A stretch of DNA of 64,000 bases from Octopus vulgaris (Eukaryota): positions 31,806,001-31,870,000 of the forward strand of contig OX597835.1 of the NCBI GenBank assembly GCA_951406725.2, written 5' to 3'. Positions 12,055 to 24,857 of the stretch are shown one piece after another; the first letter of the stretch is position 1, and every line of letters starts with the position of its first letter. A program made the translations under genes and the position numbers. The notes below the pieces were generated by a model. The model saw only the letters and a list, made by a program, of their open reading frames with translations, searched no databases and was not told where the DNA came from.

Positions 12055-13085
12055 AAAGTTACCTATTGGAGTCATGCTGAATCATTAGGGCCGGTTTCCC
12101 GGATTCTTGACGTACATATTCCCTACCTGGATGGGGTTGGTCCTTTGCAGGATTACGCATTTTTGCCAGCTGAGTGGACTGGGGCAACATGAAAGGATGT
12201 GTTTTGTCCAAGAACGCAACGCGTCGCCCGGTGCAGGAATGGAAACCGCAATTATGAGTCCAACACTAAACCACGCGCCTTCCCTAAAAGGAGAAAGGTC
12301 GTTCTCAAGTCATACAGATTCATAAGGGCTAGTTCCCCGGTTCCGTATAAAATCCTCACCTGAACAGGACACAGGTTTGTTGCAGAATTACTAATTTTTG
12401 CCAGCTGAGTGGACTAGATGAATGTGAAATGAAGTGTTTTACTCAAGAAGACAACGCGTCGCCTGGTCCAGAAATCGAAACCACAATCTTACGATCATGA
12501 GTCCAACACTCTATCCATTAAGTCATGTGGCACCACTTAGTCGATTACATCGAACCGGAAACAATGAAAAGCAACCTCTCCCGGGTAGAACTTGAACTCC
12601 AAACAAAATGTTCCTATACATTTTACCCTACCTGTTAACGATTCTGCGACCATAGCGCCTTCATAATGATAATCTCTTCTTGATGCGCAAAGTCTGAACT
12701 TATTGGGGTGAGGAGCTTAGACGATTACATTAAACCCATTACGCAGCTGATACTTACTGTAACAACTGTGAAATGATGAAAGGTAAATTCGACCTCAATG
12801 GCATGTGAAGTCAGAAAATAAAATCTTCCTACTATAGACACACAGCCTGAAATGTAGAGGGGGGGACTAGTCGATTTAGCCGACCTAGTGTTTCACTGGT
12901 ACTTCATTTATCGACCCCGGAATGATGAAAAGCAAAGTCGATCTCGGTGGAATTTAAACTAGGACGTAGCGACGTGAGAAACACTGCTAAGCATTTCGTC
13001 CAGGGTGCTAACGATTCTGCCAGCCCACACCGCCTTGAAGTTTGAAAATAATGACATACGAAATGCCGCTAAGCATTTTGTACAA
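12055..13085 (-). mobile_element. cluster of degenerate SINEs (family D and family C)
   Basis: GCCAGCTGAGTGGACT/GAAATGAAGTG blocks and GACCTCGGCGGAATTTGAACT-like blocks shared with copies elsewhere in the window. Confidence 0.75.
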
Positions 13086-14196
13086 TCTCTAACGGGTTCA
13101 TGCCTCTCCAGATTATAGCTAAGTTACTTACTGATGTAACTAAGTGCACCAAAAATAGCTGGTGTCAATGCCCATATATTATCAGACTACAAGAATTGCA
13201 GTTTTCGAAACAGTTGTTCATAGATATTCACCTTGTCACTGATTTAGGAAGAGATATTCAAATCTGAAAGGACAACTAACTTATGCGATTGTCGGGTTTG
13301 TTATGCTAGATTGATTTGAATGTTCCCCCAATAGCCTATGTGCTGATATGTTTGTGTGTATTCATAAGCAGAGACGTTATCTAGAGCAGCCTTTTGTGTG
13401 GATAGAATTGTATAATGTTTCAGCAAGAACATTATGTGGCAGTAACATTTCGTACCACGATGACATTTTTGTACAACTGTTGATAACACGTGTTATGTCC
13501 CCCACAGAAAAGTGACATACCGACATTTACGGTTCCATCTTAGGATTTCAAGAGCTACCCCGTTAGTTCGTGAGATATTTTGTAGATATCCCCTGCATAT
13601 ATCTCAGGCTGTGGTGTGATGTAGTATTTTTGAGTCCTGAAGTGGCTGCAATTCAAGTTAACATCTTCGATCTTCTGTAGTTTACTGAAAATATATCTAT
13701 GCATATCGTTAATGTGATATGTAAAACTGTTCCGTTTCAGGTATTTAAGGAGATATGTGAACGTTGCCTTTGTGGGTTTCTACGGAAGGTCATCAGGAAG
13801 CAGCACTTTCATCAGAAGTTCGCTACCAATCCGCAGGAAACTTCGCCTCATTTTTCAGGTCTTCATTGATTTATATACATTAGCTGCAACTGTTCAGAAG
13901 GCAATATCTGAACGACATCAGTCTAAATATACAGACGTTAAATCTCTTCCAAAATCATTCCCTCTGCGATATAATCTGTCGATATCGTGTATTACTGTCG
14001 CAGGCCATGAAACATTAGAGGATTTTCGTAGAACAACAATGAATCAAGATCCAAAATAAACAGAAGTACATGTAGTTTTGGAATATTGCATTTGAAATAG
14101 TTTATATTTTCATAGGCATTCACGTAACTTCAAAGTCACTGTCAGACTGGCTCTTCCCTTGTAAATAATATATATATATATACGCATGTCAGCATA

Positions 14197-14241
<45 letters not shown>

Positions 14242-14274
14242 GTACTTATCTATATATGCTTATATATATATATA

Positions 14275-14490
14275 TTCAAAATGTGACCTCGTGTGTACCG
14301 TTGGCGATTTTTTTTCCTCCGTCTTCCCTTCTCTGGATCTTTCCTTTTCCTATGTTTCTGACGAAGAGCTCCGCTCGAAACGTTAGACCCTCCTTCTTCC
14401 CTTCCTTCCTGAGTGTCCAATAATACTATATTTGTTCCACGTCCTCGTGTTGTTGTGTTTTCTCTTTGTGTTTTCATGTTTGGATTACCT
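14275..14490 (+). mobile_element. short Penelope pLTR-like fragment between (TA)n
   Basis: TA-flanked, contains a hammerhead motif. Confidence 0.7.
14354..14388 (+). ncRNA. minimal hammerhead ribozyme (canonical C3-G8 core)
   Basis: GTTT-CTGACGA-a-GAGC-tcc-GCTC-GAAA-CG-TT-AGAC; palindromic AACGTT in place of stem III. Confidence 0.8.
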
Positions 14491-14739
14491 ATATATATAT
14501 GTGTGTGTTTGTGTGTGTGTGTGTGTGTGCGTGTGTGTATGTACGTATGTATGCATAAATGTGTAGCGTATATAGAACTTCATTGTCTAAAGCATCTTCA
14601 TTTCTTTCAGCACTATGAACCGTACTAATTTTGGGGCAAGGAATTTGGCTGCTCTTTCTAGCATGTCAAACCAACGAGTAAAAGTCTCCCTCTTTGGTTC
14701 CACTATTGTTTCAATAAGCTGTAGAAGATTAGTTTCCTT

Positions 14740-15455
14740 CTCAAATCATACTGATTTATAAGGACCGGTTTCTCGGTTTTATGCCATGTATATTCCTCAC
14801 CTGGAGGGGACGCCGTTTCGCCACAGGATTACTCATTTATGCCAGCTGAGAGAGGACTGGAGTAACGTGAAATGAAGTGATTTGCTCAAGAATAGAATGC
14901 ATTGCCCGGCCCAAGAATCGAAGCTACAATATTACGATCATGTGTCCAACAGGCTAACCACTGATCCACGCGCATCCACAACCTGTATAAGTAGCCCTGA
15001 CTGCAATTTACACTCAACCAACACGTGCCGTTCGCTTACAATGTTTCATAGGAAATGCCAGGCGTCGAGCGAGCTGGCAGAGTCGATAGCACGCCGGACA
15101 GAATGCTTTGCGGCATTTCGTCCGTTGCTACGTTCTGAGATCAAATTTCGCCGAGATCGACTTTGCCTATCATCACTTCGGGAGTTGATAAATTAAGTAC
15201 CAGTTGCATACTGAGGTCGGTCTAATCGAATGGCCTCTCCCACAAAATGTCAGGCCTATAATAGAAAGGACAGAATGCTAAGCGGCATTTCATTCTGAGC
15301 CCAAGTTCCACCGAACTTTGACTTTCATGATTTCGGGGTCCATAAAATAAGTACTAAATGTGTGCTAGAGACAATGTCATCGATTTACGCACTCTTCCTC
15401 TCTCACTCACTCACTCGATCGAAATTGCTGGCCTTGTGCCAAAATTTGAAATCGA
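14740..15455. mobile_element. degenerate SINEs (family D on -, family C on +)
   Basis: Similarity to other copies in the window. Confidence 0.7.
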
Positions 15456-15858
15456 TAATACATAGGAAATATGTTAATACCACTACTCCCATAATTTAGT
15501 AAAGCTATAATTCTCAATTGTTCCTCTCTCTGTACGGAAACCAATAATATTCTGTTGACAGCGCTCGTCTATTATTCATTCAAAGCTTATAAGCTTGCTG
15601 TGACGGTGTTTGTGCAAACGATGATAAATTACTGGTTTACAGATACAGAAAAACGTACTTGCACATCCAAACACAAGCACATACACACATGCACACACAT
15701 TCAAGCGTGCAAATATAGCCCAGGAGTGTGTATGGGTTTGTATAAAAGTAAATTGTGATTATGTGAGTGTGCATATGCATCACATATGTGTGTGTGTGTG
15801 AATATGTGAGTGAATATAAGTGAATATGTATACATGTATGCATTAATATATGTGTATG

Positions 15859-15910
<52 letters not shown>

Positions 15911-16052
15911 TGTATATATAAACATACATACACATATATATATGTATAAATATATATACATATGTATAATACGTATATGTATGCATATATCTATATATTA
16001 CTGTATATATACGTATATAAATATATATATATATATGTATATATATATATGT

Positions 16053-16132
<80 letters not shown>

Positions 16133-16221
16133 TTATGCATGTACATATACGTATGTCTGTATATATCGGTATAAATATTTTTATATATGAATATATACAC
16201 ATAACTATTTATTTGTGGTTA

Positions 16222-16262
<41 letters not shown>

Positions 16263-16484
16263 TATCTACACTGAAGCACACTTATATATACATATATTTA
16301 CACGCGCAAAGACATATGTGTGTATACGTGTGCTTATGAGGGAATAGGCATACAACTATTAATGTACATATGTACAAGATGGATAAACCATATATATATA
16401 GTTTATTCATCTTGAATAAACAACTTTGATGTATCACGACATACATGAGTAAATCGAGTGGTGTATCAACATTTAAACATGTAA

Positions 16485-16528
<44 letters not shown>

Positions 16529-17149
16529 TGTATGGGTGTGTGTGAGTGTGTGTGTGTGTGAGAGTGTGTTGTGTTGTGTCTTTATGTGTGTGCTGTTGTG
16601 TGCGTATGCATGCTTTATCTAATTCAGTCAATTTGAAATATTTCATCTGAAAGAACTCGCGACTAATCCATTAGTGTCAATACAATTTCAAAATTAATTA
16701 ATTTTTGATTTTGAAAATTAAATAATATAATAGTAGCCAGCACCAACACGACCACCACTACTACCACCACCACTGCTACCATTACTACAAATCCCGCCAC
16801 CACACCCACATCCACCACCGCCGCCACCACCGCCACCACCAACACCATTTACATTACCACATTGAGATCAACAACAACTACAATACCACCGCTTTAAACA
16901 TCAACAACGCTATCCTTGCTAAAATGTATACACTCCAAGTACAGCGACATTAACTGCAACATAAACAAATATATTTCTGACGGATCCGAGCGGCCTATAT
17001 GATATTATTTTGGACTAAACGAGGTTAAAGAACATAGTCTTCGATGAAGTTTTGCATAGAGCTTCTTTTATTTTTTCCTTTATTATTGCAAATTTATATG
17101 GAAACCACGTTTTAACAAACCGTTTTCGTACGCTTTTTATTTTATGATA

Positions 17150-17497
17150 AGCGAGGAGCTGGCAGAAAAGTTAGCACGACGGACGAAATGCTTAGAGCTA
17201 TTCTGTAGGTGTTTAATTTCTGTGTTGATATTTATCCGTGGTCCACTTTGCTTTCACTCTTTAATTTATTTCACACTTGGCGGCGAACAGGCAGAATCGT
17301 TAGCACTCCGGATCAAAATGCTTAGCGCCATTCTGTATGGCCTTAGTTTTTGTGTTGAAATTTAGCCGAGGTCCAGTTTGCCGGTCATCCTTTCGGCAAA
17401 ATATGTCGATCAAATAAGTAGATAGATAGATGGTTGTATGAAGCACATACATACACATGCATGCCTACCTTCCCACCTACATACCTATCTACCTACT

Positions 17498-17549
<52 letters not shown>

Positions 17550-18280
17550 TACATACTATATATATATTTGTGTGTGTGTAAGTAGGTATGTATGAATATA
17601 TATATATTTATATTATATAAGTACCAGTGAAACACTGGGGTCAATTACATTGACTTGTCCTCTTCCACAAAATTTCAGGCCTTGTGTCTTTAGTAGAAAG
17701 GATTATTTTGTTATACTGGTCGGCGAGCTGGCGGAGTCGTTAGCACGACGGACGAAATGCTTAGCGCATTCTGTACGTATTTAGCTTCTGTTTCGAAATT
17801 TCGCTGAGGTCGACTTTGTCTTTCGTCCTTTCGGGGTTGATGAAGTAAATACCAGTTACGCACTGAGGCCCATGTAATTGACTAGCCCTCTCCCTCAAAA
17901 TTTCCGGTCTTGTGCCTTCAGTGGAAAGGATTAATTTATTTCACACTTGGCGGTGAACTGGCAGAATCGTTAGAACTACAGATTGAAATGCTTAGCACCA
18001 TTCTATATGCTCTGAGTTTTTGTGTTGAAATTTAGCCGAGGTCCAGTTTGCCGTTCATCCTTTCGGCAAATTATGTCGATGAAATAAGTAGATAGGGTTA
18101 TCTTATGTTATAATAGGCGGTAGCTGGCAGAATCATTAGCACGCCAGGCGAAATGCTTAGCGCCATTTTCCGCAGAGGTGCACTTTGCCTTTCGACATTT
18201 CGATGTCGATCAAATATGTTTTAGTCAAGCATTGGCAGCGATGGGATCGTCTTACCCTCTTCCTGAAATTCCCGGCTTTG
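17150..18280 (+). mobile_element. cluster of family C SINEs including a local about 165-bp direct duplication (17265-17430 / 17932-18095)
   Basis: Repeated GAGCTGGCAGAATCGTTAGCACG..GAAATGCTTAGCG heads. Confidence 0.8.
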
Positions 18281-18696
18281 GGATCTTTTCGGTTTGAACG
18301 GCAGTTTTTAAAATAATTTCCACGTAACGAAACACTTTCAAACGTCGTATACTGGTAGAATGTGTTCATAAAACACCTTTTTCTCTTGGCTTTATTGAGA
18401 AAATTCTATGGTTTGTAAGATATTTGTTGTTTTTTTTCTTCAATTTCTGCAATTTCAACCAATCAATGACGTCTATTGAGGTGAAAACACTCTGTGCTGT
18501 ATGAATATGTCCCTCGTTTAAGAAACAGATTGTGTTTATTTACATTTCTGAAGAAAAAAAAGATACCCTTCGCCCCACCACTAACCTTAACCCTAAAACA
18601 GATTGAAATGCAATAGATCGATACTAGGGTCATAATTATGGGTGACAATCTCATATGACACCGCTAGAAAAACTGCCGTTCAAACCGAAAGGATCC
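18281..18696. mobile_element. MITE with about 29-bp TIRs and 9-bp TSD (Mutator/Merlin-like)
   Basis: TIRs GGATCTTTTCGGTTTGAACGGCAGTTTTT / AAAAACTGCCGTTCAAACCGAAAGGATCC. TSD ccggctttg / ctggctttg. Interrupts a family C SINE tail. Confidence 0.85.
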
Positions 18697-19741
18697 CTGG
18701 CTTTGTATCAACACTTGAAACTATTATTTTCTTTCGTGCTGAAGACTCCCAGCTCGTAGAATCGTTAGCAAAATGCTTCAAGACATTTCGTCTATCTTTA
18801 TGTTCGTCGTAATTGTCTTAAATATTCTTTTCATTGTCTTTTTCCTTAACTTGATTCAGTTATTTAACTACGATCATGCTGGAGCACCGCCTTGAATTAC
18901 TTTTGTCGAATGGCTCGCTCCCTGTACTTATTCTTTAGGACTGGTACTTATCCTATCGGTCACATTTGCCGAGCAGCTAGATTACGGTAACTTAAACACA
19001 CCAACAATGGTTGTTAAGTGGTAATAGGGACAACAAAAAGAAAAAAAGACATGCACACACACACATACACACACACATACACACATACACACATATATGT
19101 GTGTGTGTGTCTGTGTATGTGCTTGAAAATTTTAATTAATTAGGTTTTTCACATATTCTAAGTCGGATGTTTATCTTCGGTTAATGGATAATTCGACGCA
19201 AAATCGTGTTTGCGACGCAATCCCGATTACTGCCAGCATTTTATCATTCCTTTAATCCTCATAACTAAATTGTTGAGATGTAGATTGCATTCCTAATATT
19301 TACGCTCTCAAAATATATCGTGGAAGCGTCATCCATCCAAAGTACAAATATATGGGAAACTACCACCTGTATCATCTCTTGTGAAAAGTAGAAGAGTATT
19401 TCTTCTGTTGGCTTGCTCGCTTAGCCAGTGGGGTGGCGTCATTTGAAGGCTAAAACAATGCAAAGCGCACTGTGACTAGCGATGTGTAGCAACATCTGAT
19501 AGCCTGGTCGGTCATGGTGATCACGGTGATTTGAAATACAAACAAAATAAAATTATGCACTACAAACAAAAGTTAGAAAATATGACTAACCTGTCGGAAA
19601 GTACTGACGTTCATTCATAAAAATGCCATCAGAATATTACGCATAACACCGGTTGTACGAAAATACAGAAAGAACTAGGAGGCTCTCATTTACACCAATA
19701 CTAACACAAAAAATTGATGGAGTGCATCAATATACATATGC

Positions 19742-19837
<96 letters not shown>

Positions 19838-20039
19838 GAGTTTAGCAAAATTTAGATTCAGATTAATATGGTACTTAAGTTAAAGGCACCAGAATTTGAT
19901 ATGGTATTATCCATATAAATCAAATGGGGTGATTATAATCAAAATAAGCAACAAGGATATCCAAGGTAGTGTAGTACAATCGTTTCATGCTACTTCATTC
20001 TATTAAACAATGCAAGTATTACATCAGTTTTACACACAC

Positions 20040-20123
<84 letters not shown>

Positions 20124-20151
20124 ATGTATATATATATATATATTATATGTA

Positions 20152-20183
<32 letters not shown>

Positions 20184-21129
20184 TGCATATACATACATAC
20201 ACATATGTGTATAGATATATATATATAAACATTAAGTACGTAGGTAGGTATTTTTGTATGGGTATGAGTGGATGTATGTGTGTATGCGTGTGCATATATG
20301 CATACACATATATATTTACAGATATTTGAATGTGGTGTTGTCGTACATATATATGTGTGTGTACGTGTGTGTTTATGTATGCTTGCGTGTGTTTGTGCAT
20401 ATGTGTGTGTGTGTGCGTGTGCGTGTCTGCGTGTGTGTGTGCGTGCGTGTGAATGCTTGTATAATAACTATATATAGGTATATCTGACTGTTGACAATCC
20501 AATTTGTAGTGTCGGTTAATGTGACAATGCATGTGTGTACATAAATTCATATATGTGCAAATGGTGTATAAGTGTGCACGTGTATCTTTCTGCATGTGCA
20601 TGTGTATGTGTATGTGTGTGTGTGTGTATGTGGTGGGGTGAAGCAAATATAAGCTGAACTATAAAAGGAATAGCAGGAACGACAATTAAGGACGGATGTT
20701 GAAAACAGGTTCTGATAAATTGTAGAAATTAGCGTGCGACGATTCATCAGTGAATAGTCAACAGATTCTGGATTAGTTGTCGTATCATGGTCTCTTGTAT
20801 TTACCTACTTAACTGCTGCGCACGATTTGCGATGGATATGTTTCACCGTCATAGACACACATATATTTACCAAAAAAAAGTAAAAGCAATTATATATTTA
20901 TATATGTTGATATAGGGAGTTCGATTCCCTGATCGGGCAAGATGTTGTGTTCTTGGGCATTATTTTACGTTGCTCCTGTTCACTCAGCTGTAGAAATGAG
21001 ATGCGACGTCACTGGTGCCAAGCTGTATCGGGATTAGCCTTTCCCTTGGATATCATTAGTGGGATGGAGAGGGGAGGCTGATATACATGGAAGTGGGTCT
21101 CTACATTTACCCCTTATATATATATATGT

Positions 21130-21170
<41 letters not shown>

Positions 21171-21439
21171 GATAACATTTTTCGAAAAAAATTCCAGCAA
21201 TGGCCAGCATATTAAAAAATACCTTTAAAGGGTAAATTTATAAACAACTTATAAACACGGGCAAGAGAAAAAAAATTCTGATGCGAAATATGCCGAAAAT
21301 CGACTTAAATCGTCAATAAACATATAATTCATCACTATAAGCACGCGTTTCGAAGTAAGCCGACAGAAATTTCAAAAAATTCCGTTATTTTCGTATCGGT
21401 TCTGATTTCAGAGTTAATTCATACGAATTTTCTCCTCGT

Positions 21440-22419
21440 TAGCGATAAATAAATATTCGCGAGAATAAGGTGGATGAGGAATTTTTTCCCAGCCAAGCCT
21501 TTCGATCTTCTGCGATGTAATCTTTGCAGTGTGGAGTCGCGCATTGTCCCGATGAAACATCACTCCTTTTCAATTCACTAAAGCGGGCCTTTTTTACTTC
21601 AAAGCTTGGTTCAGACGGTCTAATTGCTGACTTCAGCATTGATTGTTGCATTAGGTGGTAACCATTCAAAGTGGATTTGCAATCCCACCTGATAGAGAGA
21701 AGAACCTTTTTACCATGAAGTTCCATTCTCGGTTGTGGTTGAGCTTTATCCCTTTTACCAGCCACTGTTTACGACGTTTAACATTTCGATAGAAGATACA
21801 TTATTTGTCACCAGTCACAAGTCTATCCAAAAAGGGTGAAATGAGTTCGCGAAGAAGGAGGGAAGAGCAGATGTCAACTCGGAATTTGCGGTTGCTTTCG
21901 GACAATTCACGTGGCACCCATTTTCCAAGTTTAAGAAACTTTCCAAGTTGTTGAAGATGACGATGAACAGTGGTGTGGTTTGAACTAAACTTTATTGCCA
22001 ATTCTTCAACTGATAATGCAGGATTTTCTTCAAGTAATGCCTCGGGGAGCTTATCATCAAACTCAACTGCACGTTCTGTTCGATCTTCATCTTCAAGGCT
22101 GAAATCTCCACTTCTGAATTTTGCGAACCATCTTCTACATGTTCTTTCATTCAAGCATTCTTTCCCATAAACTGTGTGTCTGTTTCGAGTCGCTTCGGCA
22201 ATATGTGTCTCAAATGCTCTTTGAATACTTCCATATTAGAAAGCATTTTGATCAAAGAAATTTTAATTCTATTATTCTGTAAAATAATATTTAATTAGTT
22301 TAAATGTAGACAAATACATAAAAATAATTTTTAATTCAATTAGACCTTCTGAAATACTATTAAATTTCATTCAATTTTAAAAAAGGTAAATCGGACAGAA
22401 CTCATGGGATAACCTTATA
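21440..22419 (-). mobile_element. mariner DNA transposon, decayed transposase, 3'-truncated
   Basis: WFAKFRSGDFSLEDEDR, GKWVPRELS, RLVTGD, HGKKVLLSIRWD motifs. TIR-like TA-AGGTTATCCCATGAGTTCTGTCCGATT near 22390-22419. Confidence 0.9.
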
Positions 22420-22591
22420 TATGTATATATCATATATAGATAGATAAATGCTTGTATGAAGCACATACATATACATGCATGCCTACCTTCCCACATACAT
22501 ACCTACCTAACTACCTACATATATATAAACATATGTACATACATAATATATATAAATATATATTTGTGTGTGTGTAAGTAGGTATGTATGA

Positions 22592-22637
<46 letters not shown>

Positions 22638-22642
<5 letters not shown>

Positions 22643-22895
22643 TGCAGCGTGGAAGGTGTTTATAAGCCATTTAAGAAACACACAAAAGCCGTTCGATTCA
22701 CTTCAACATTTAAGTTTAACTTGTCAAAATATTTTCGTCGCTTTAAGACCGCGACCTGTTCACTGACAAAAATCCGTGCTGTATGAGATGCATGAGATGT
22801 GTTTAAATGGCTTATAAACACCTTCTACGCTGCAATTGTTTTCGTTTCAGCACACGATCTCAGATCAAATTACTTGCTATGCGAGTACATCTCCG
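22638..22895. mobile_element. short inverted-repeat Penelope-type element in (TA)n
   Basis: Arms 22638-22675 / 22802-22839, with an internal hammerhead on the - strand. Confidence 0.75.
22721..22769 (-). ncRNA. minimal hammerhead ribozyme with swapped G3-C8 core pair
   Basis: TTGTCA-GTGAACA-g-GTCGC-ggtcttaaa-GCGAC-GAAA-ATAT-TT-TGACAA. Confidence 0.75.
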
Positions 22896-23319
22896 TATAT
22901 ATATATATATATATATACATATATATACATATGAATGCATATGCATAAATATAAATACATATATATGTATGTGTATAGAACGCCTTACACAAATACACAT
23001 ATTCCTGTGAAACCGGCAGTCCTATGCACATACAGTCACTTAAGCATAGTGTTTCGCAGAGCCACACACTTCCTGCTGCCTGTTTGAATTGAATGTTTAG
23101 TAATGCTGACCATTAGTGGTGGTCGTAGGAGGCGGAGATGAAAGGGAAGGAATGAGATGTAGATAGACGAAAAACAGAGAGTAAACCACCTACGAGTCAT
23201 GACACTATTAATGTATTAGGTTTAAACGATCACACAAACACTTCGATATACATATATAAAAAGATTAATAAATGAATATACACACATACAAACATATCTC
23301 TTTTCTCTTTTATCTCTCT

Positions 23320-23670
23320 TTTACTTGTTTCAGTCATTTGCCTGCGGCCATGCTGGAGCACCACCTTTAGTCGAGCAAATCAATCCCGGGACTTATTCTT
23401 TGTAAGCCCAGTACTTATTCTAAGGGTCTCTTTTGCCGAAACGCTAAGTGACGGGGACGTAAACACACCAGCATCGGTTGTCAAGCAATGCTAGGGGGAC
23501 AAACACAGACACACAAACACACACACGACATGCTTCTTTCAGTTTCCGTCTACCAAATCCACTCACAAGGCATAACAGAAGACACTTGCCTAAGATGCCA
23601 CGCAGTGGGATTGAACCCGGAACCATGTGGTTGGTTAGCAAGCTACTTACCACACAGCCACTCCTGCGCC
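23320..23670 (-). mobile_element. tRNA-derived SINE, family B
   Basis: Head GGCGCAGGAGTGGCTGTGTGGTAAG..GGGTTCAATCCC, tail GCTCCAGCATGGCCGCAG..TGACTGAAACAAG. Many copies in the window. Confidence 0.9.
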
Positions 23671-23678
23671 TATATATT

Positions 23679-23741
<63 letters not shown>

Positions 23742-23742
<1 letters not shown>

Positions 23743-23878
23743 ACAACAGAGATGAGGCATTATGTACAAAATTTACATTATTTACATTTGACGGACACTT
23801 GTCCTCATCTTGTATGGCGTAGTGTTTAAGAGCGCGGGCTACTAACCCCAATATTCCGAGTTCGATTCCAGGCAGTGA

Positions 23879-23938
<60 letters not shown>

Positions 23939-24093
23939 CAACATCATCGAAAAATACCTTTGGAAAGAGAACGCAGGTTCGAAATTTCCCGAAGACACCC
24001 GATGGAGGCTGGAGGGTATATCAGCCGACAAGTAGTGTTAACAACAAAGATGAGGAAAAATATCCGTCAAATGTAAATAATGTAAATAATGTA
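23742..24093 (+). mobile_element. tRNA-headed short element with hammerhead-like motif and Penelope-style inverted terminal fragment
   Basis: A-box TGGCGTAGTG (23815), B-box GTTCGATTCC (23860), (TAA)n linker, degenerate hammerhead 23994-24039. 23765-23813 is the reverse complement of 24044-24093. Confidence 0.7.
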
Positions 24094-24373
24094 TTGGAAA
24101 TACACAAGCGACAATTCAAAAACGTATAAAGTATATTAAGTGCACAAACGGACGGAAGACAGGTAGAGAATGTCCCCTAATCCTTCGTCAGTTATCAACA
24201 AGATGATATTATTCACATACATATATATTACGGGCGAGATAGGGATATTATCTCCTTACGAGCTATTGAAATTCTACAGCAATAACAGTTCTTGAAATAT
24301 ATCACACATTGCGCTGTATGACTTACTTCGATATCCATTACACTCACACATATAAGTGATGAGGAGCCTCACA

Positions 24374-24407
<34 letters not shown>

Positions 24408-24572
24408 TTAAATATAAATATAAAGATAAATTAAATATAGAGATTTTCTATTGACACTCAATAATTTATCTATTATATTACATTTAATAATATTCATATG
24501 GTATCCAACTGAAGTACCAGTGAATTGGATGTTTACCAAACCCCTTTGAAGGATTTCTTTTCCTCAGTTTGT

Positions 24573-24628
<56 letters not shown>

Positions 24629-24630
<2 letters not shown>

Positions 24631-24845
24631 TTTATTTAAAGCAGCGGAAAATTCAACAAAACCTGTTACTCTGAGTTTCACGCTCTCGTTCGTCGGGAAA
24701 ACTGTCCGACGAACGGCAACGTGAAACTCAGAGTAACAGATTTTGTTGAATTTTCTGCTGCTTTAAATAAAGCATATTACTCTACCACTGGTATTTGAGT
24801 ACTCTTTTTTCCACCTTGTTTCACATTTATGTATTTACTCCGGTA
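24629..24845. mobile_element. fold-back Penelope pLTR-derived element in (TA)n
   Basis: Arms 24629-24697 / 24705-24775, hammerhead motif in each arm. Confidence 0.8.
24702..24739 (+). ncRNA. minimal hammerhead ribozyme (U4C variant)
   Basis: CTGT-CCGACGA-ACG-gcaa-CGT-GAAA-CTCAGAG-TA-ACAG. Confidence 0.75.
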
Positions 24846-24857
24846 TATATATATATG

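Noticed and set aside
13120-14160. Complex sequence with a 100-aa ORF (13757-14059) after a tttcag acceptor
   Set aside because: No recognisable domain; stops in flanking frames; cannot support a gene call.
19131-19187. CCGAAGA...GAAA hammerhead-like spacing on - strand
   Set aside because: Needs a 3-nt insertion, has a non-palindromic stem III and an offset stem I.
21170-21440. GAAACGCGT half-hammerhead on - strand in a TA-flanked fragment
   Set aside because: The 5' core is missing (abuts mariner) and the cleavage position is G; probably a PLE remnant but not callable as a ribozyme.
24150-24197. CTGACGA-AGGA on - strand
   Set aside because: No GAAA half; at best a deleted remnant.
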